61,423 nt of DNA from Prevotella sp. (GTDB lineage Bacteria > Bacteroidota > Bacteroidia > Bacteroidales > Bacteroidaceae). This document shows positions 1 through 9,749 of the stretch, in pieces; within the stretch, counting starts at the first letter, position 1; each line of letters begins with the position of its first letter. The position numbers were made by a program, and so were the translations under genes. The notes under the pieces are model-generated. The model saw only the letters and a list, made by a program, of their open reading frames with translations. It made no database searches and was not told the DNA's origin. Location: contig JBJFGK010000065.1 in NCBI GenBank assembly GCA_051892655.1, positions 1 through 61,423 of the forward strand, written 5' to 3'.

Positions 1-2652
1 ATGTCGTTCACCACGATCAAGCCCGATGATATTCACATCAGAATTATCTTTCAAATACTCGTTGACAAGCCCGTTAATACGCTCGTTTCCTGATGCACGA
101 AAATTTATGGTAAGAGGAACATGAAACTGAAAATGAGGTTGGGTATAACGACGGTCTTTAATAATCTCATGCTTCACTTCTTTCACAACGACATGATTCA
201 GATATTCATTTGATTCAGAAGACAAATCATCTTTCTTTATTTTCCCATTAAAATAACGATATAATTCCATATAAACGGCATCTGGTATAGGCATTCCTGA
301 CTTGTCAGACCCATCTGTTTTGCAGCGTTTATTGAGCATTTTATCACCTACCTTGTGTACTAATGGTTTCTTTATGCTCTCATTTCGATAGAATAATTCA
401 GCCTCTCCATTGAGTTTCAAAACCAAATTCTCCCTATTTTCCTTGCTAAAAAGATTCTCCCAATATAAGGTGTGAAGGTTCTTTGAACCTTTTGATCCTT
501 CTGCATAATCCTTATTGTATATTTGAAATAGGAAGACTTTGCCCTCATCCACCAGTTTGTCAACAGTTGATACCGATATATCTACGAAATTCAGCTTGTA
601 GGCCTGCATACTGATTTCATTATAAAAGGCGCTGATATCTTCGTATGTATTTGTGGGAGAGAACACAAAACCGAAATTCTTCCAATCTGGGTGTTGTAGT
701 ATGGATGCTTTATAGAAATCAATAAGATCATGTAGGAATTGTTTGTTGAAAGACTTGCCTTTTTTGTACCATTCTGCCTTAAAGCCAGTTAGAATATAAT
801 CTGACGGATGGTATGTTTCTATTCCCTTTCTTGAAAAAAATACTTTCGGCAACATTTTGTTTGGTCCAGGCAGTAGCTTGTAAACCAACTTAGAGTATGA
901 ATTATCTGAGACACTATGGTAAGTCTCCCATTTTACCTTAGCCGACGGTGCTGTAATTGCAAGATAGCTTTTGCCACCCTTGAATAAAAGGATGGCCTTG
1001 TTTGCTTCTTCTTTATTCTTGTCCCAGCCATTGGCTAGGGTGGGTGCATCAAAATTGAGTTTGAACTTCTCTTCATTATATGGCTTCTGGGTTAAGTAAT
1101 TGCGAACTTTCGTGTATACCGGAATGATAGATCGCAAAACATCGTAATATCTGGAAAAAATTGTGTAGAAAGATTTGTCGATATCAAGTTCCTCTGGAAC
1201 GGAGACACTTTCAGCCTTATGTAGGAGTTTCATGTAGGCATCAAGCACGTCTTTGATAAACTCAACCCTAACGACATCGTTTTTGAGTTCTCCTTGATTA
1301 TCTATATTGACATTTGCAGTAAACAGGGCGTATTTGTCAATAATTTCCTTATGTATGCCGACACATTCAAAGAAATATAGAGTCAAGTCGGCATCTACGC
1401 ACGATAAATCAGCAAGGGAATATGCTTGGCGTTTTAGATATGCATCCACCTTTTTAAGGGCAGCCTTTGTTCTTGTTCCGTATGTTTCAATCGCTTTCTT
1501 TTTCAGACATTCATTGATGCGTGACCAACTTTTGCATACACATAGCGAAAGATCTGTAATTGATTTTGAATTGATGAAAATGTGTTCTGCTTCGTACTCT
1601 TGAATGGTTGAGAGTAATGAACATAGTTTTTCGATTATATTTGTCTTCTCTCCGTCAATTTCCATGTGTGTAATGTTTTCATGGAATTGCTTAATTGTTT
1701 CTATCAGTTCTTTGTCAGAGGATATTGCTTGAGGAACGAAAGAGAAAGTTTCCCTATCACTGAGAATCTGTTTGAATAAAGGCACCATGGTAAGTCCCTT
1801 CCTGCTTATTTTGAGTTCCGGATGTTGTTGGAGGTACTGATTAACCAACTCGTTGATTCCCCTAAGTTTTTTCTTCCCTTCTTCAAGAGTAACACCACCG
1901 ATAATCTGGTTAAAATAATCAATACCATTTTGATTAAGAAGACTGTTGTAGAAATTTATAGTAAATACATCATCAAGGCATACTCCATCAAGGAAAGGTT
2001 GTAACTCTTTTCCTACATCTTCCAATACATTCGGGCAAACATTTTTAATGGTAGCATATATCTCTATATTAGTAAGAAACTTCGGAAAATTGTCATGAAC
2101 GGTTCTAAAAGGCACTCCTGTACTGATGGCTTCATCAGTATATATATTCCTCCTATTCTCTTGAAAACCTTTGAAATAGGTAGCAAATCCCTCAAATATA
2201 TCTTTTTCTTCCTTACCTATGGAGTTATCATGTAATACGCTGTTGAGCAAGTTGGAATCCTTTAGTAAATCTTTTGGAGTAGCAGCTGTCAGTTCGCTAT
2301 AAAATGGACTATCTTTTAGCTTTTTGAATATGTGGCTCCTCATCTCACCTTGAATTCTCTCAAGAGCTTTTTTGTTTTCTTCACTCTTGTCTTTGCGATA
2401 TGCTTCTATTGCATTTTTAAGTGTACTCCAATCAAGTCTGACATGTTCCACCTTTAATGATTCATTGATTAGATATTTATGGCACTCATCAATGAGTTTT
2501 TTAACAGCCGGATAATTATCTGCTCTTTTCTTATCTCTATTGAGCATACCACTTTGATAGAACTTCTCGGCTGTCTTGCCAACAGGAACTAATTTGAAAC
2601 GAATGGTTTTTGTTAAAGGATAGAGGCCAATAAATTGTTCTAAGGTCTGCAT
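1..2652 (-). CDS. cas12a: Type V-A CRISPR effector Cas12a (Cpf1), N-terminal 884 codons; 3' end lies outside the window
   Basis: Manual translation from ATG at 2652 gives MQTLEQFIGLYPLTKTIRFKLVPVGKT (WED-I), KFKLNFDAPTLANGWDKNKE (WED-II), YKLLPGPNKMLPKVFFS (PI), LFQIYNKDY..NLHTLYW, KLNGEAELFYR, HEIIKDRRYT and finally NIIGLDRGERH (RuvC-I, Asp at codon 879). Its absence from the ORF track is consistent with no in-frame stop before the window edge. Confidence 0.97.
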   Translation of the reverse strand, partial: MQTLEQFIGLYPLTKTIRFKLVPVGKTAEKFYQSGMLNRDKKRADNYPAVKKLIDECHKYLINESLKVEHVRLDWSTLKNAIEAYRKDKSEENKKALERIQGEMRSHIFKKLKDSPFYSELTAATPKDLLKDSNLLNSVLHDNSIGKEEKDIFEGFATYFKGFQENRRNIYTDEAISTGVPFRTVHDNFPKFLTNIEIYATIKNVCPNVLEDVGKELQPFLDGVCLDDVFTINFYNSLLNQNGIDYFNQIIGGVTLEEGKKKLRGINELVNQYLQQHPELKISRKGLTMVPLFKQILSDRETFSFVPQAISSDKELIETIKQFHENITHMEIDGEKTNIIEKLCSLLSTIQEYEAEHIFINSKSITDLSLCVCKSWSRINECLKKKAIETYGTRTKAALKKVDAYLKRQAYSLADLSCVDADLTLYFFECVGIHKEIIDKYALFTANVNIDNQGELKNDVVRVEFIKDVLDAYMKLLHKAESVSVPEELDIDKSFYTIFSRYYDVLRSIIPVYTKVRNYLTQKPYNEEKFKLNFDAPTLANGWDKNKEEANKAILLFKGGKSYLAITAPSAKVKWETYHSVSDNSYSKLVYKLLPGPNKMLPKVFFSRKGIETYHPSDYILTGFKAEWYKKGKSFNKQFLHDLIDFYKASILQHPDWKNFGFVFSPTNTYEDISAFYNEISMQAYKLNFVDISVSTVDKLVDEGKVFLFQIYNKDYAEGSKGSKNLHTLYWENLFSKENRENLVLKLNGEAELFYRNESIKKPLVHKVGDKMLNKRCKTDGSDKSGMPIPDAVYMELYRYFNGKIKKDDLSSESNEYLNHVVVKEVKHEIIKDRRYTQPHFQFHVPLTINFRASGNERINGLVNEYLKDNSDVNIIGLDRGERH

Positions 2653-2694
2653 ATTTTTGAAATTAATTAAATTAACTGATTGTTATATAGACTA

Positions 2695-4035
2695 CTATTT
2701 ATTTGATTCTGCCTGAAAAAACATGGTGTAATATATAGGCAAATAACTGATGCCCTGTTCTTCATATACATTCCGCTCATTGGAAAATACGTAAGCCTTT
2801 AAAACATTATAACTCTTGTTGGAGACAAAACGGCTTATAGCACTATGAATTTTATAGTCTCTACCCGATTTGACTTCAACTGGTGATATAGTCATATTTT
2901 CGTAATCATCAATTAAATAATCTACCTCACCATTCTGTTTGTTGTCATAGTAATAAAGTCCAAAACCATGCGCCTTAAGTTCTTGAGCTACGACCGTCTC
3001 ATACAACGCACCAAGATTAATACTTAAAGAATCGTCAAGCACAGGCTTGATATTGTTTCTATAAAGAATGCCGGAGAATAATCCAACATCATTTAAATAT
3101 AGTTTCAACAAATTCTTGCCCATGTTCTGCACAAGCGGAAATGTAGGCTGACTCACGGCCTTTACTTCTAATGCTATTCCCGATGAAATGAGATAATCGA
3201 ACTCATCTTGATAGTCATCCATACGCTTCCCTGTCTTTCCTTCAATAGATTTGGCAACGATGCGTTTTTTCTTATTTTCCATATTTGACGGAATAAGTTC
3301 ATAAACTCGTTGTATCTTAAGTTTCCGACCAAAATCTTTCTCGTATTTTGCAGCATCATTAGCATATAGTTGATGGATATCACGTTGAATATCCCTTATC
3401 GTCGCTATATTCTGTTCATTAACAAAAGTCTGTACACAAGCAGGCATGCCACCAACCAAAAGATATTTTTTGAACAGATTTAGAATTTTATTGTGTATGG
3501 ATTCTCCAAGAGGTTTTCTCTCATTAAACATTTGTCTCATGTTGTCAATGGCGAGTGTACCGACCCCATTTGCTATAAGAAATTCTTCAAAATCCAGTGG
3601 ATACATTCTTATACACTGTAAACTTCCTATAGGGATGGATTGTGTTTTTCTTAACGTAATACCCAACATTGAACCACTTGCAATGTATCTAAATTTTCCG
3701 TCTGCCACCAAAAACTTAACAAGTGTCAACAATTGCGGATAAGCTTGTATTTCATCTATGAAAACAAGTGTCGTTGACTTATCCTTCATCCTGTCACCGG
3801 CAATGGTACTTAATGCCATATAAAAGTCTGATACTGTATTGACGTCTGCAAACAAACGATCACCACTTTTGTCCTCTTCCATATTAACTTCAATATAGTT
3901 GGGAAATAAACGCTTACCTACATGCCTAATTATGAAAGATTTGCCAACTTGTCGCGCTCCGTCTATAATGGGCATTCTATCAGATTCATTCTTTAGACAA
4001 GTCTCTATCTTTTGTTCTATTTTTCTATACAACAT
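2695..4035 (-). CDS. AAA+ ATPase (AAA_14-type) with C-terminal DUF4143 PD-(D/E)XK-like domain
   Basis: Walker A GARQVGKS, Walker B VFIDEIQ, GGMP motif, C-terminal GEVDYLI...PVEVKSG; 446 aa. Confidence 0.88.
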   Translation of the reverse strand: MLYRKIEQKIETCLKNESDRMPIIDGARQVGKSFIIRHVGKRLFPNYIEVNMEEDKSGDRLFADVNTVSDFYMALSTIAGDRMKDKSTTLVFIDEIQAYPQLLTLVKFLVADGKFRYIASGSMLGITLRKTQSIPIGSLQCIRMYPLDFEEFLIANGVGTLAIDNMRQMFNERKPLGESIHNKILNLFKKYLLVGGMPACVQTFVNEQNIATIRDIQRDIHQLYANDAAKYEKDFGRKLKIQRVYELIPSNMENKKKRIVAKSIEGKTGKRMDDYQDEFDYLISSGIALEVKAVSQPTFPLVQNMGKNLLKLYLNDVGLFSGILYRNNIKPVLDDSLSINLGALYETVVAQELKAHGFGLYYYDNKQNGEVDYLIDDYENMTISPVEVKSGRDYKIHSAISRFVSNKSYNVLKAYVFSNERNVYEEQGISYLPIYYTMFFQAESNK

Positions 4036-4110
4036 ACACTTTTCTGTTATTTTTGACCTTACAAAAATACACTTTTCTTATAAATTATATGCAGATAAAA
4101 CACACTTTTC
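4036..4110. repeat. Three direct repeats ACACTTTTC with exact 33-bp period, with an embedded palindrome TATTTTTG-N6-CAAAAATA
   Basis: Copies at 4036-4044, 4069-4077 and 4102-4110; palindrome at 4048-4069. Its right arm reads TATTTTTG on the minus strand, matching the Bacteroidota -7 element TAnnTTTG. Confidence 0.7.
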
Positions 4111-4259
4111 CTAAATATTTTCTCTTATTTTGCAATAAAACTAAACGCTTAAAAGAAAATATATTCCGTTGAACACGGCATAAAAATAGCCCCAAATCAA
4201 TTATTATATAATCAGATTGGGGTTATATCAAGAAGTTTTATTTAAGACTTTGTAAACAT

Positions 4260-4310
4260 AAAAAAGGCGTGCATACCGACGGGTATTTCACGTCAATATT
4301 GCACGCCTTT
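4260..4310 (-). terminator. Intrinsic terminator of the lipoprotein gene
   Basis: AAAGGCGTGCA (4263-4273) / TGCACGCCTTT (4300-4310) stem with a U-tract on the minus strand. A second hairpin lies at about 4186-4226. Confidence 0.65.
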
Positions 4311-4332
4311 ATTACTTGATTTATGAATTAAA

Positions 4333-4917
4333 TTAGTTCCAGTTTATAGTCTTTTTTGTGTGTGTGCCGTCTGTACCTACTTCATAGCCGGAATTGATGT
4401 ATTCGCGGTCAGCATATGCATTTCTTATTTGGGTTTCTGTGATACCCGTAAAACCACCTTCAGAGGCGGATGAAGCTCCGGTACCGAGTGTTTCTATTTT
4501 CTTTCCGTTTTGGTCATAGACTGCAATTTCCATGCTATAGGTTTTTGTTATGAAGTCGTAAGAAGCCTTGCTGAAATTGGCATTGTCCTTTACCTTCATG
4601 TGTATCTTATAACCGAATGTTGCCGGCAATTCAAGTCCGTTGGCAATATAACTCCATTTTACATTTGTCATTTTTTCAGTCTTGATCTCACCTTTATCTA
4701 TATAAGAAATAGTAATATCAAGCACCTCAAGCATGTCTGCAGATACCTCAAAGTTATATGCTGCCATTGCTGATTTTGGAGTCTGTACAGTTGATGTACC
4801 GCCACCTTCGCCACCATCACTTCCATCATCATCACCACCGCATGATGTGAATGAGAATGAAACTAAACTTACTGCAGTCAGCACTGCAAACGCTCTGAAT
4901 AATTTTTTAAAATCCAT
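4333..4917 (-). CDS. Putative surface lipoprotein, unknown function
   Basis: Signal peptide ending SFTSC followed by acidic GGDDD (Bacteroidota lipoprotein export-like signal). ATG at 4917 is preferred over TTG at 4926. Confidence 0.75.
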   Translation of the reverse strand: MDFKKLFRAFAVLTAVSLVSFSFTSCGGDDDGSDGGEGGGTSTVQTPKSAMAAYNFEVSADMLEVLDITISYIDKGEIKTEKMTNVKWSYIANGLELPATFGYKIHMKVKDNANFSKASYDFITKTYSMEIAVYDQNGKKIETLGTGASSASEGGFTGITETQIRNAYADREYINSGYEVGTDGTHTKKTINWN

Positions 4918-5286
4918 GAGAAACAATTTTTTAAATTAAAATAAATAATTACAATGTTTATAATAAATCACTGCAAAAGTATAACTTTAACACAATTATT
5001 ATCTAATTATCAACATGCCTCGTTGTAATAATATGGGACTTGATATGTAATATACGATGTAATAAAAAAGGATTTTGATTGTAACATTTTGGGACAACAC
5101 GTTATAATCAATCTTATACGAGCATTTTAACGCATTGAAAAAAGCGATTTATATAGTACAGAACCGTCTGATATTCCTCTTATTTCACTTCCATATTTCC
5201 TCTCCATTTTTATATTTGTCAGATTTTTGCTATTTTCGCTAAAAATATTAAATACAGATTATTTTTGTTACTGATATTTTACTATT

Positions 5287-6999
5287 ATGTTTAAGTACCC
5301 GTTGTTCACATTAATACTCATTGTAACATTCTTCTCTTCTTGTTCTACAGGCGGTAAAAACGAGAAGCCCGACACTGCAGACAGTTGCTATACTGCTGAG
5401 TATATAAACCGCATCAGTTTCACACAGCCACGCCAAGCTCTTAAACTTCTTGACACAGCAGAGAAAAATAAAAAGCTCTCACAAACAGATATCAACGGCA
5501 TGCGCGCCATAATTTACTACAACGGACTGAATATGACAGATATGGCTATTATCTATGGCGGCAAGGCATACGAAAGCGCAAAAAAAGACAACGACAGCGT
5601 ACTTATGCTAAAATCACTGAAACAACTTTCAGCACTCTATTTTACTGAAAGCCGATATGCCGAAGCGATAATGTCTGCAACGGAGGGACTCTCCTTAGCC
5701 CAAGCGCTTAAGAACAAGGAGACAGCAGCTTATTTACTCCAATTCATGGGACTATCAATGTCTGAAACCGAGTCTATAGATGCTGGTTTTGATATGTTGG
5801 ACAGAGGCAATGCCATATATAAAGAATTATCTGAAACCACCGGCGAATGGAAATATTTGGACAATTACCTGTACGGAGTAAGTCAAAAAGCTAATATCCT
5901 CGTTGAAAAGAAACAATTTGCCAAAGCTCTTGTAATTCTACCTCAAATGGAAGCCATACTAAAAAGTATGACAAAAAGACCTGATGTGGCAGAAGGAGTC
6001 TTAGATATGCGCAGAGCTGAAGTGTATGCCCTCTTCGTGGCAACTTATTGGGGAACAAACCAAAGCGACAAGGCACATGAATACGTTCAGAAATGCAGCG
6101 ATACTGAATGGAGCAAGACCGCTGACGGCGGACAGATATTACTCCCATACCTTATTGAAACCAAACAATATGACGAGGCACTTAAAAAAATAAAAGATAA
6201 AAAAGACCTACTCGCCGCAGGTAGCGACACGCTAACGCACTATTATGTTAATTCTCTTCTTGCTTTTGAAGTTGAATGTTATGAGGGGAAAGGAAATCTT
6301 AGCAAGGCTCTCGACATCACCAAACAGATGAAAGCAATGACAGACAGCCTTTACCTCCGCGACAAAAATTCAAAAGTAGCCGAACTATCTGCGCTATATA
6401 AGACTAAAGATATGGAGATACAGCTTCTTATACAAAAACAGAAAATGTCGCGCCATAATACAATATTTATTATCGTAACTATTCTGCTTGTTATCTTCGG
6501 TGGGTTTGCCGCCGTATTACTTTACTACAACCGCAAGATTAGCCGAAAGAATAAGATCGCTGCTGCCATGATTCGTGAACTTGCCGAAACTCACGATGAG
6601 CAGCGCATGCAAATAATCTCTGAGTCTGAGCCTCAAACAATTGATGGTGAAAATAATAACGAGAACTTGATTTTCAACCGCATAAACTATAAAATTGTCA
6701 GTGAACGACTTTATTTACAGCCCGGTTTCAACCGTGATAATGCTGCCGCTCTTGTCCATATTACGCCAAAACACCTCTCCGCTCTGTTCCAACAGTTTGC
6801 TAACGGTTTCCCTGACTATATAAACACTCTCCGACTTGAATATTCCGTCTCAATATTAAAGTCCAAACCCAACTATACCATTGAGGGTATCTCGCAGGAA
6901 TCAGGTTTCTCAAGCCGACAGACTTACCACCGCCTGTTCGTGGAAAAATATGGTATGACACCTACCGAATTTCGTTCCTGCCCGGGATACGAAAAATAG
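5287..6999 (+). CDS. Membrane-spanning AraC-family regulator with periplasmic TPR-like sensor
   Basis: N-terminal FFSSC lipobox-like signal, helical repeats, TM segment (IFIIVTILLVIFGGFAAVLLYY) and C-terminal AraC HTH (YINTLRLEYS...SGFSSRQTYHRLFVEKYGMTP). Confidence 0.85.
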   Translation: MFKYPLFTLILIVTFFSSCSTGGKNEKPDTADSCYTAEYINRISFTQPRQALKLLDTAEKNKKLSQTDINGMRAIIYYNGLNMTDMAIIYGGKAYESAKKDNDSVLMLKSLKQLSALYFTESRYAEAIMSATEGLSLAQALKNKETAAYLLQFMGLSMSETESIDAGFDMLDRGNAIYKELSETTGEWKYLDNYLYGVSQKANILVEKKQFAKALVILPQMEAILKSMTKRPDVAEGVLDMRRAEVYALFVATYWGTNQSDKAHEYVQKCSDTEWSKTADGGQILLPYLIETKQYDEALKKIKDKKDLLAAGSDTLTHYYVNSLLAFEVECYEGKGNLSKALDITKQMKAMTDSLYLRDKNSKVAELSALYKTKDMEIQLLIQKQKMSRHNTIFIIVTILLVIFGGFAAVLLYYNRKISRKNKIAAAMIRELAETHDEQRMQIISESEPQTIDGENNNENLIFNRINYKIVSERLYLQPGFNRDNAAALVHITPKHLSALFQQFANGFPDYINTLRLEYSVSILKSKPNYTIEGISQESGFSSRQTYHRLFVEKYGMTPTEFRSCPGYEK

Positions 7000-7293
7000 T
7001 TTCTACTTTCCTTGTTTTTCTCCCATTTAATCGCAAGTGTGTAGTTATACAAATCAAAAACTCGTCGATATGAGAGATATAGCAAAAAATTATTTGAATT
7101 ATATAATTTCTCAAAATCGGCGTATTTAATGATTTTGATTTAAACAAAGTGTTACCATCTTGATGTTAAGACAACTTTTGACCTAAATTATTACAAGAAG
7201 TAAACCGGGGAAATAGCATGTCAAAAGAGAATAATCATATCTTTGCGAAAAATTTGAACTATTATATTATTAAAATATAAAATATAATAACTA

Positions 7294-9642
7294 ATGAAAA
7301 GAAATTTACTCTTATTTGTTTGTACGATTATATCGCTCGCACTTAGCGCAAGAAACATTACGGAAAAAGAGGCACAACAAGCTGCTGTGAACTTCATTAA
7401 TGGTAATGCAAGCAACAGAGCATTCAAGGCAAGAAACGTAGATTTGCAACAGCTTACTTCCGCAAAACTGAAGACAGCAAATCTTTATGGTTTCAATATT
7501 GCTAATGGAGGATACGTCTTGGTAAGTGCAAACAGCAATGCGTATCAAATACTCGGTTATGCCGATTCCGGCTCATTGGACATTGAAAACATGCCGGAAA
7601 ATATGAAAGAATGGATTAACGGCTATGATGAAGCTATAAAGGCCATGCAAGCACCTGACATTGAAGCGAACAATGCACCTGTAGTATCCGGCGGAGCTAT
7701 CGATCCGCTATTAAGCACTACTTGGTATCAAGACGCTCCATATAGCAACCTCTGCCCTATAGTACCAAACGATAAAGGCGGAGAGGTGACAGCGCCAACA
7801 GGTTGCGTAGCTACTGCTATGGCTCAAGTGATGTATTACCACAAGTGGCCCATAGACGAATGTAGGTCTATTCCCGAATATGAATTTTCTCCTATTGAAG
7901 ATAAAACCATTACTCTTAACCAACTACCCGAAAAGAAATTTAATTGGGAAGACATGCTTCCTTCTTACTCCAACGTTGATGCTACCGATCAGCAAAAACT
8001 CGCTGTTGCAGAGCTTATGCAATATTGTGGACAAGCAGTGAGAATGGCCTATGGAGCTGATGCCTCCGGTGCGTCAGAAACAGCTATCGCCACTGCCGCA
8101 CGAACATATTTCGGATATGACAAAGGAACAAAAATACTTTACCGCCAATATTATTCCATCAGCCAATGGGAAAACATGATTTACGAAGAATTGAAAGCAG
8201 AACGCCCCGTACCATATTCCGGAGCCAACGGGATTGACGGGCACTCTTTTGTCTGCGACGGTTATGACGGAAACGGACTATTTCATATAAATTGGGGTTG
8301 GGATGGACATGACGATGGATATTTCCGCCTTTCAATATTAAATCCGTTCAATAACTCCAGTATCGGTAGTTCAAGTTCTGAAATGGGCTATTCTTATATG
8401 CAACAGGCTGTATTTGGAATGCAACCTCCTGTTGCCGACTCTGAAGAATACAACCAAGAAGTATATTTCACACTTATACAGCCTGTTGAGATCAACAATT
8501 TCCTTAATAATGTCATATTCAAAGTGGAGTACGAATGTCTTACACAACCGAAAAATAAGATTATCGCTGCTATCGGTACTAAAGAAGGCGACGTATTTAC
8601 ACCTCTTATGATTTCCGATGCAAAAGATGCAGACCAAGATTCAGAAATTTTTCCTTCTTTTAATTTCAATATTGATCCAAGCTCAGTTTCAGATGGCGAA
8701 ACAATCTTTTATTTCCGCGCCAAACCTGCACAAGGTAATTACGACTGGTTTACAATTGAAAGTGACAACATTTGCCTTCGTGTAGTTAAAGAAGCTGGGA
8801 ACCTTACACTCACTAAGCTACCTGAAAAGAAAATAGAGATTACTGACGTAATTACAGAGGATGATCAAGTTCCCGCTGTCGGTGAAAACAAAAATTTCTA
8901 TATCAAGGTTAAAAACAACGACACACAAGAACTGAACACTTACGTTGATATCCTATTTTACGAAATGGGCGATATTTCCCTTGAAAAACAGAATTTTTCA
9001 GAATTAAAAACCGACAACCCATACGTAAGCGGACTATATATACGTCCGGAAGAGACCGAGTCTATACTTGTCAGGAAATCTTTTACAACTCCGGGGAATG
9101 CGGCTTTCCTTATATGCGAGCATAACACAGATAAAGTATTGGCAAAAGGTTCTATTTACGTTTCAGGCGATGAAATTGACTTTTATGACCTAGAAGTTAA
9201 AGATTATTCATTAGTGTATGATGATGACACCGGCGTACTTGAGACAAATGTAACGATACAGAACAATGACAAACGCAGTTGGAAATTCCCTGCAAACTCA
9301 AACTGTTATATCCGCAGTTATACTACCGGTTCTGAGGAAATTAGGAAGATTATGCTATCTTCTGGTCAAACAATGAATATTGGACTTTTACATGATACAG
9401 ATGAATATGGTGCGGGCGAGACCGTTCACTTCATAATGGAGCAGGTTATCTGCGGCACTCGCACAGAAAAAATTCTTGAACTTGACATTAATCCCGGTGA
9501 AGTAATAACCTCCGGTGTTAAAGCAACTATTGCTGATGAAAATAAGGACTCTGTTTGGTACAGTTTACAAGGTATACGAATATCAAAACCATCTCTACCC
9601 GGTCTTTACATCCACAACGGAAAGAAAACAGTAATTCGCTAA
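7294..9642 (+). CDS. C10-family (streptopain/interpain-like) cysteine peptidase with propeptide and T9SS-type C-terminal signal
   Basis: TGCVATAMAQ catalytic Cys, GHSFVCDGY His, HINWGWDG; C-terminus WYSLQGIRISKP..GLYIHNGKK. Confidence 0.92.
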   Translation: MKRNLLLFVCTIISLALSARNITEKEAQQAAVNFINGNASNRAFKARNVDLQQLTSAKLKTANLYGFNIANGGYVLVSANSNAYQILGYADSGSLDIENMPENMKEWINGYDEAIKAMQAPDIEANNAPVVSGGAIDPLLSTTWYQDAPYSNLCPIVPNDKGGEVTAPTGCVATAMAQVMYYHKWPIDECRSIPEYEFSPIEDKTITLNQLPEKKFNWEDMLPSYSNVDATDQQKLAVAELMQYCGQAVRMAYGADASGASETAIATAARTYFGYDKGTKILYRQYYSISQWENMIYEELKAERPVPYSGANGIDGHSFVCDGYDGNGLFHINWGWDGHDDGYFRLSILNPFNNSSIGSSSSEMGYSYMQQAVFGMQPPVADSEEYNQEVYFTLIQPVEINNFLNNVIFKVEYECLTQPKNKIIAAIGTKEGDVFTPLMISDAKDADQDSEIFPSFNFNIDPSSVSDGETIFYFRAKPAQGNYDWFTIESDNICLRVVKEAGNLTLTKLPEKKIEITDVITEDDQVPAVGENKNFYIKVKNNDTQELNTYVDILFYEMGDISLEKQNFSELKTDNPYVSGLYIRPEETESILVRKSFTTPGNAAFLICEHNTDKVLAKGSIYVSGDEIDFYDLEVKDYSLVYDDDTGVLETNVTIQNNDKRSWKFPANSNCYIRSYTTGSEEIRKIMLSSGQTMNIGLLHDTDEYGAGETVHFIMEQVICGTRTEKILELDINPGEVITSGVKATIADENKDSVWYSLQGIRISKPSLPGLYIHNGKKTVIR

Positions 9643-9673
9643 TTATACCAACACAAAACATCATTATAATTAT

Positions 9674-9708
9674 AAAGAGGCTGTCTGACATGTTCAGGCA
9701 GTCTCTTT
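9674..9708. terminator. Bidirectional terminator between convergent C10 peptidase and MATE genes
   Basis: AAAGAGGCTGTCTGA / TCAGGCAGTCTCTTT inverted repeat. Confidence 0.7.
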
Positions 9709-9749
9709 TGCTTTTAGACTCAATAATGTTTAGAATATATATTGGTCTA

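Noticed and set aside
1307-2004. Plus-strand ORFs 1307..1603 and 1822..2004
   Set aside because: Antisense shadows of cas12a with no recognisable motifs
2653-5286. CRISPR array or isolated Cas12a repeat near cas12a
   Set aside because: No AATTTCTACT-N-GTAGAT repeat or ~36-bp repeat/spacer pattern was found. The array, if any, should lie beyond position 1.
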